This document shows positions 62,318 through 64,000 of a stretch of DNA of 64,000 nucleotides, in pieces (the stretch's first letter is position 1; each line of letters begins with the position of its first letter). The DNA comes from Eukaryota sp. TZLM1-RC. Its lineage: Eukaryota; Protista; Metamonada: BaSk clade. The notes under the pieces were generated by a model that was not told the DNA's origin, did no database searches, and saw only the letters and a list, made by a program, of their open reading frames with translations. The DNA lies in NCBI GenBank assembly GCA_040285825.1, contig JAUPSS010000004.1, positions 1,778,550-1,842,549 of the forward strand. Reading direction: 5' to 3'. A program made the position numbers and the translations under genes.

Positions 62318-62809
62318 TTAAAGCATGTGTGAGACTGACAAAGGAACTAAGTGTATGTAATGTATATTAGCAAATGTTGTGCAAATGTAATTGGTAGATT
62401 TGTTCAGACCAAATCCATAGCAATTACCACAAGCAGTGAGTGCCAATGTATGATGAACACCTACACTACAAGAAACGATGTTAGAGAAGAAGGGTAACTG
62501 GAAATTCTTTCTACCAGTAGCATGAGGAGGAAAATATCGGGAGAGAACACCAGGTGTTGGAGATGAGAATAAAGAAACAGAAGGTGCAACAGAGCCAATA
62601 AGGTTGATTCGTTTTGTGCGAGACCAGAGAATTGAGTTTCCTTTAGATATGTAGCGAATTCTGTGAGATGGTACAGATAAGGCAAGAAAATCGTGAAGAG
62701 GGAGGAAGAATACACCGCCAAATCTATCCTCAAAACCAACAAAGAAACGTTCTTTAGACAAAGAAGTATCGTGGACTAATCTGTTGATGATGCTGAGAGC
62801 GTCTTTCAT
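62318..62809 (-). CDS. MJ1316 (DUF504) domain fused to an RCC1-like repeat; possibly a pseudogene or a spliced gene continuing toward ~61050
   Basis: IINRLVHD...FFVGFEDRFGG...P..DF...VPSHRIRYI....LWSR..RINL, followed by IVSCSVGVHHTLALTACGNCYGFGLN. Confidence 0.65.
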   Translation of the reverse strand: MKDALSIINRLVHDTSLSKERFFVGFEDRFGGVFFLPLHDFLALSVPSHRIRYISKGNSILWSRTKRINLIGSVAPSVSLFSSPTPGVLSRYFPPHATGRKNFQLPFFSNIVSCSVGVHHTLALTACGNCYGFGLNKSTNYICTTFANIHYIHLVPLSVSHML

Positions 62810-63016
62810 GAGTTACATAGAGTTGAAATTCCAGAAACTTTTACAAAGGATACCTAGTTTATGAACCTAGTTTATGAATTGAGGGGAAAGTGTGGGAATA
62901 GTGAAAACCTCCCAAAACCAAGTTGAGGGTTAAAAACCTCCCAGAACAGGCAACCAGAAGTCGAAAATGGGGTGACAAGTGTAAAATTTGATAGATGAGC
63001 TCTTTATTCTCACTAC

Positions 63017-64000
63017 ATGTCAGACACCCACTCTGTGGCACGTGTATTCACTCGGTCTTGTGCACTTAACTCGCTGCTGACCCCTGCAGCGGTGCAACAA
63101 ATTCGGACTGACCTTCCTTTGGTCACCGAGATTTGTCATGAAGCTTCTTTATTGCTTCAATCTTTTCTTCTAAATTTTCCGTTGGCATCAAGAGCTTTAG
63201 TGGAACAGGATGTATGGTATCTGTTTATGACCGTCATCACCACTGGTTCTTTTCCAAAGCCTTCCACATCTAAAGGCCAACGCCAATTACTCCATATCTT
63301 TTACAATGGATTTCTTCCTGAATGCCCACAAGACAGGTCTCTTGTTGCTGTGTGGGAAAATTCTTTAGTGCCTTACAGAAATTCATTCAATCTTTTCCTC
63401 AATGATTGGCTGCAGTCCCAGAACTGTAATTTTATCAATAGAAAAGGGCTTTCTCCTTACCTTGCTTGTCGGGCTCGTCAATTGGCCTCCAACGTTAAGA
63501 CAAGTTTACCTAAAATTTGTCAATCCTGGACAAAAAACTTTATTCGTGCTCATTGTAGAGCCCTGAATAAAACAAATGTCTTTGCAAATAATATTCTTTC
63601 ACTTTTGCCAGATGAACCACTAGCCCAACCCGAGGAAGTAGTAGTTGATTCTGTTCTTGAATACCTCATCAATTTCAATTTGAATAATTCAAGAGAAAGA
63701 TTCTTCTTATTAAATGCATGTAAGTTTATCTTGAATCTCTTTCAAAGATTTCCTACCACTGCCTCCCTACTGTCCTCACATGATAAAATCACCTTTTCAT
63801 CAAAGGAAATTGGTGAGCTTTTTCTCTTCAATCTTAAAATTTCACAATACTTACTCACTTTCTTTTCTCATATGCATTGCTGGAAGAAATTTAGAATAAT
63901 ACCTTTAGCTTCTCATAAAGGTTCTAAATTTATTGAGGTACCTTCACAAATTTTCCACTCTGTGAAAAAATTTCCAATTATTGAAGGATCATCTTCCAAA
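63017..64000 (+). CDS. Probable Fanzor1 (eukaryotic TnpB-derived RNA-guided nuclease) N-terminal half; runs off the window
   Basis: 328 open codons with no stop, so missing from the ORF track: TRSCALNSLL..IRTDLPLVTEICHEASLLLQSFLL...GLSPYLACRARQLASNVKTSL...KKFRIIPLASHKGSKFIEVP, matching recalled Fanzor1 WED/REC motifs; RuvC not visible in the window. Confidence 0.65.
   Translation, partial: MSDTHSVARVFTRSCALNSLLTPAAVQQIRTDLPLVTEICHEASLLLQSFLLNFPLASRALVEQDVWYLFMTVITTGSFPKPSTSKGQRQLLHIFYNGFLPECPQDRSLVAVWENSLVPYRNSFNLFLNDWLQSQNCNFINRKGLSPYLACRARQLASNVKTSLPKICQSWTKNFIRAHCRALNKTNVFANNILSLLPDEPLAQPEEVVVDSVLEYLINFNLNNSRERFFLLNACKFILNLFQRFPTTASLLSSHDKITFSSKEIGELFLFNLKISQYLLTFFSHMHCWKKFRIIPLASHKGSKFIEVPSQIFHSVKKFPIIEGSSSK

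Overview
AT-rich eukaryotic DNA, most likely from a flagellated protist (axonemal CCDC39 and CFAP251-like genes; 33-37 nt GT-AG introns); the species cannot be determined from the sequence. About 860-38700 and 54570-60980 are dense, multiply nested transposon islands. They contain two young copies of a Ty3/gypsy family A (155-bp identical LTR pairs, 4-bp TSDs), one nested in the integrase of a related family B element, plus a family C remnant, many CRE-clade (RT + restriction-like endonuclease) non-LTR fragments, an IS630/Tc1 pseudogene, a 2467-bp tandem duplication and a hAT element that has accumulated nested insertions. Host genes: a ~2760-aa DEAH helicase-RING/IBR-ART(PARP)-WWE-nucleotidyltransferase-like protein, IMPACT, CCDC39, GLE1-like and an MJ1316-RCC1 fusion. 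The three main leads are: (1) both LTR families lack a tRNA-type PBS and instead have a covarying perfect 12-nt palindrome (CA-N8-TG) at the U5/PBS junction, suggesting an undescribed tRNA-independent priming mechanism; (2) an ORF absent from the ORF track (63017 to the window end) that looks like the N-terminal half of a Fanzor1 RNA-guided nuclease; (3) the giant immune-like helicase fusion. All family assignments come from motif recognition by eye, not database searches.
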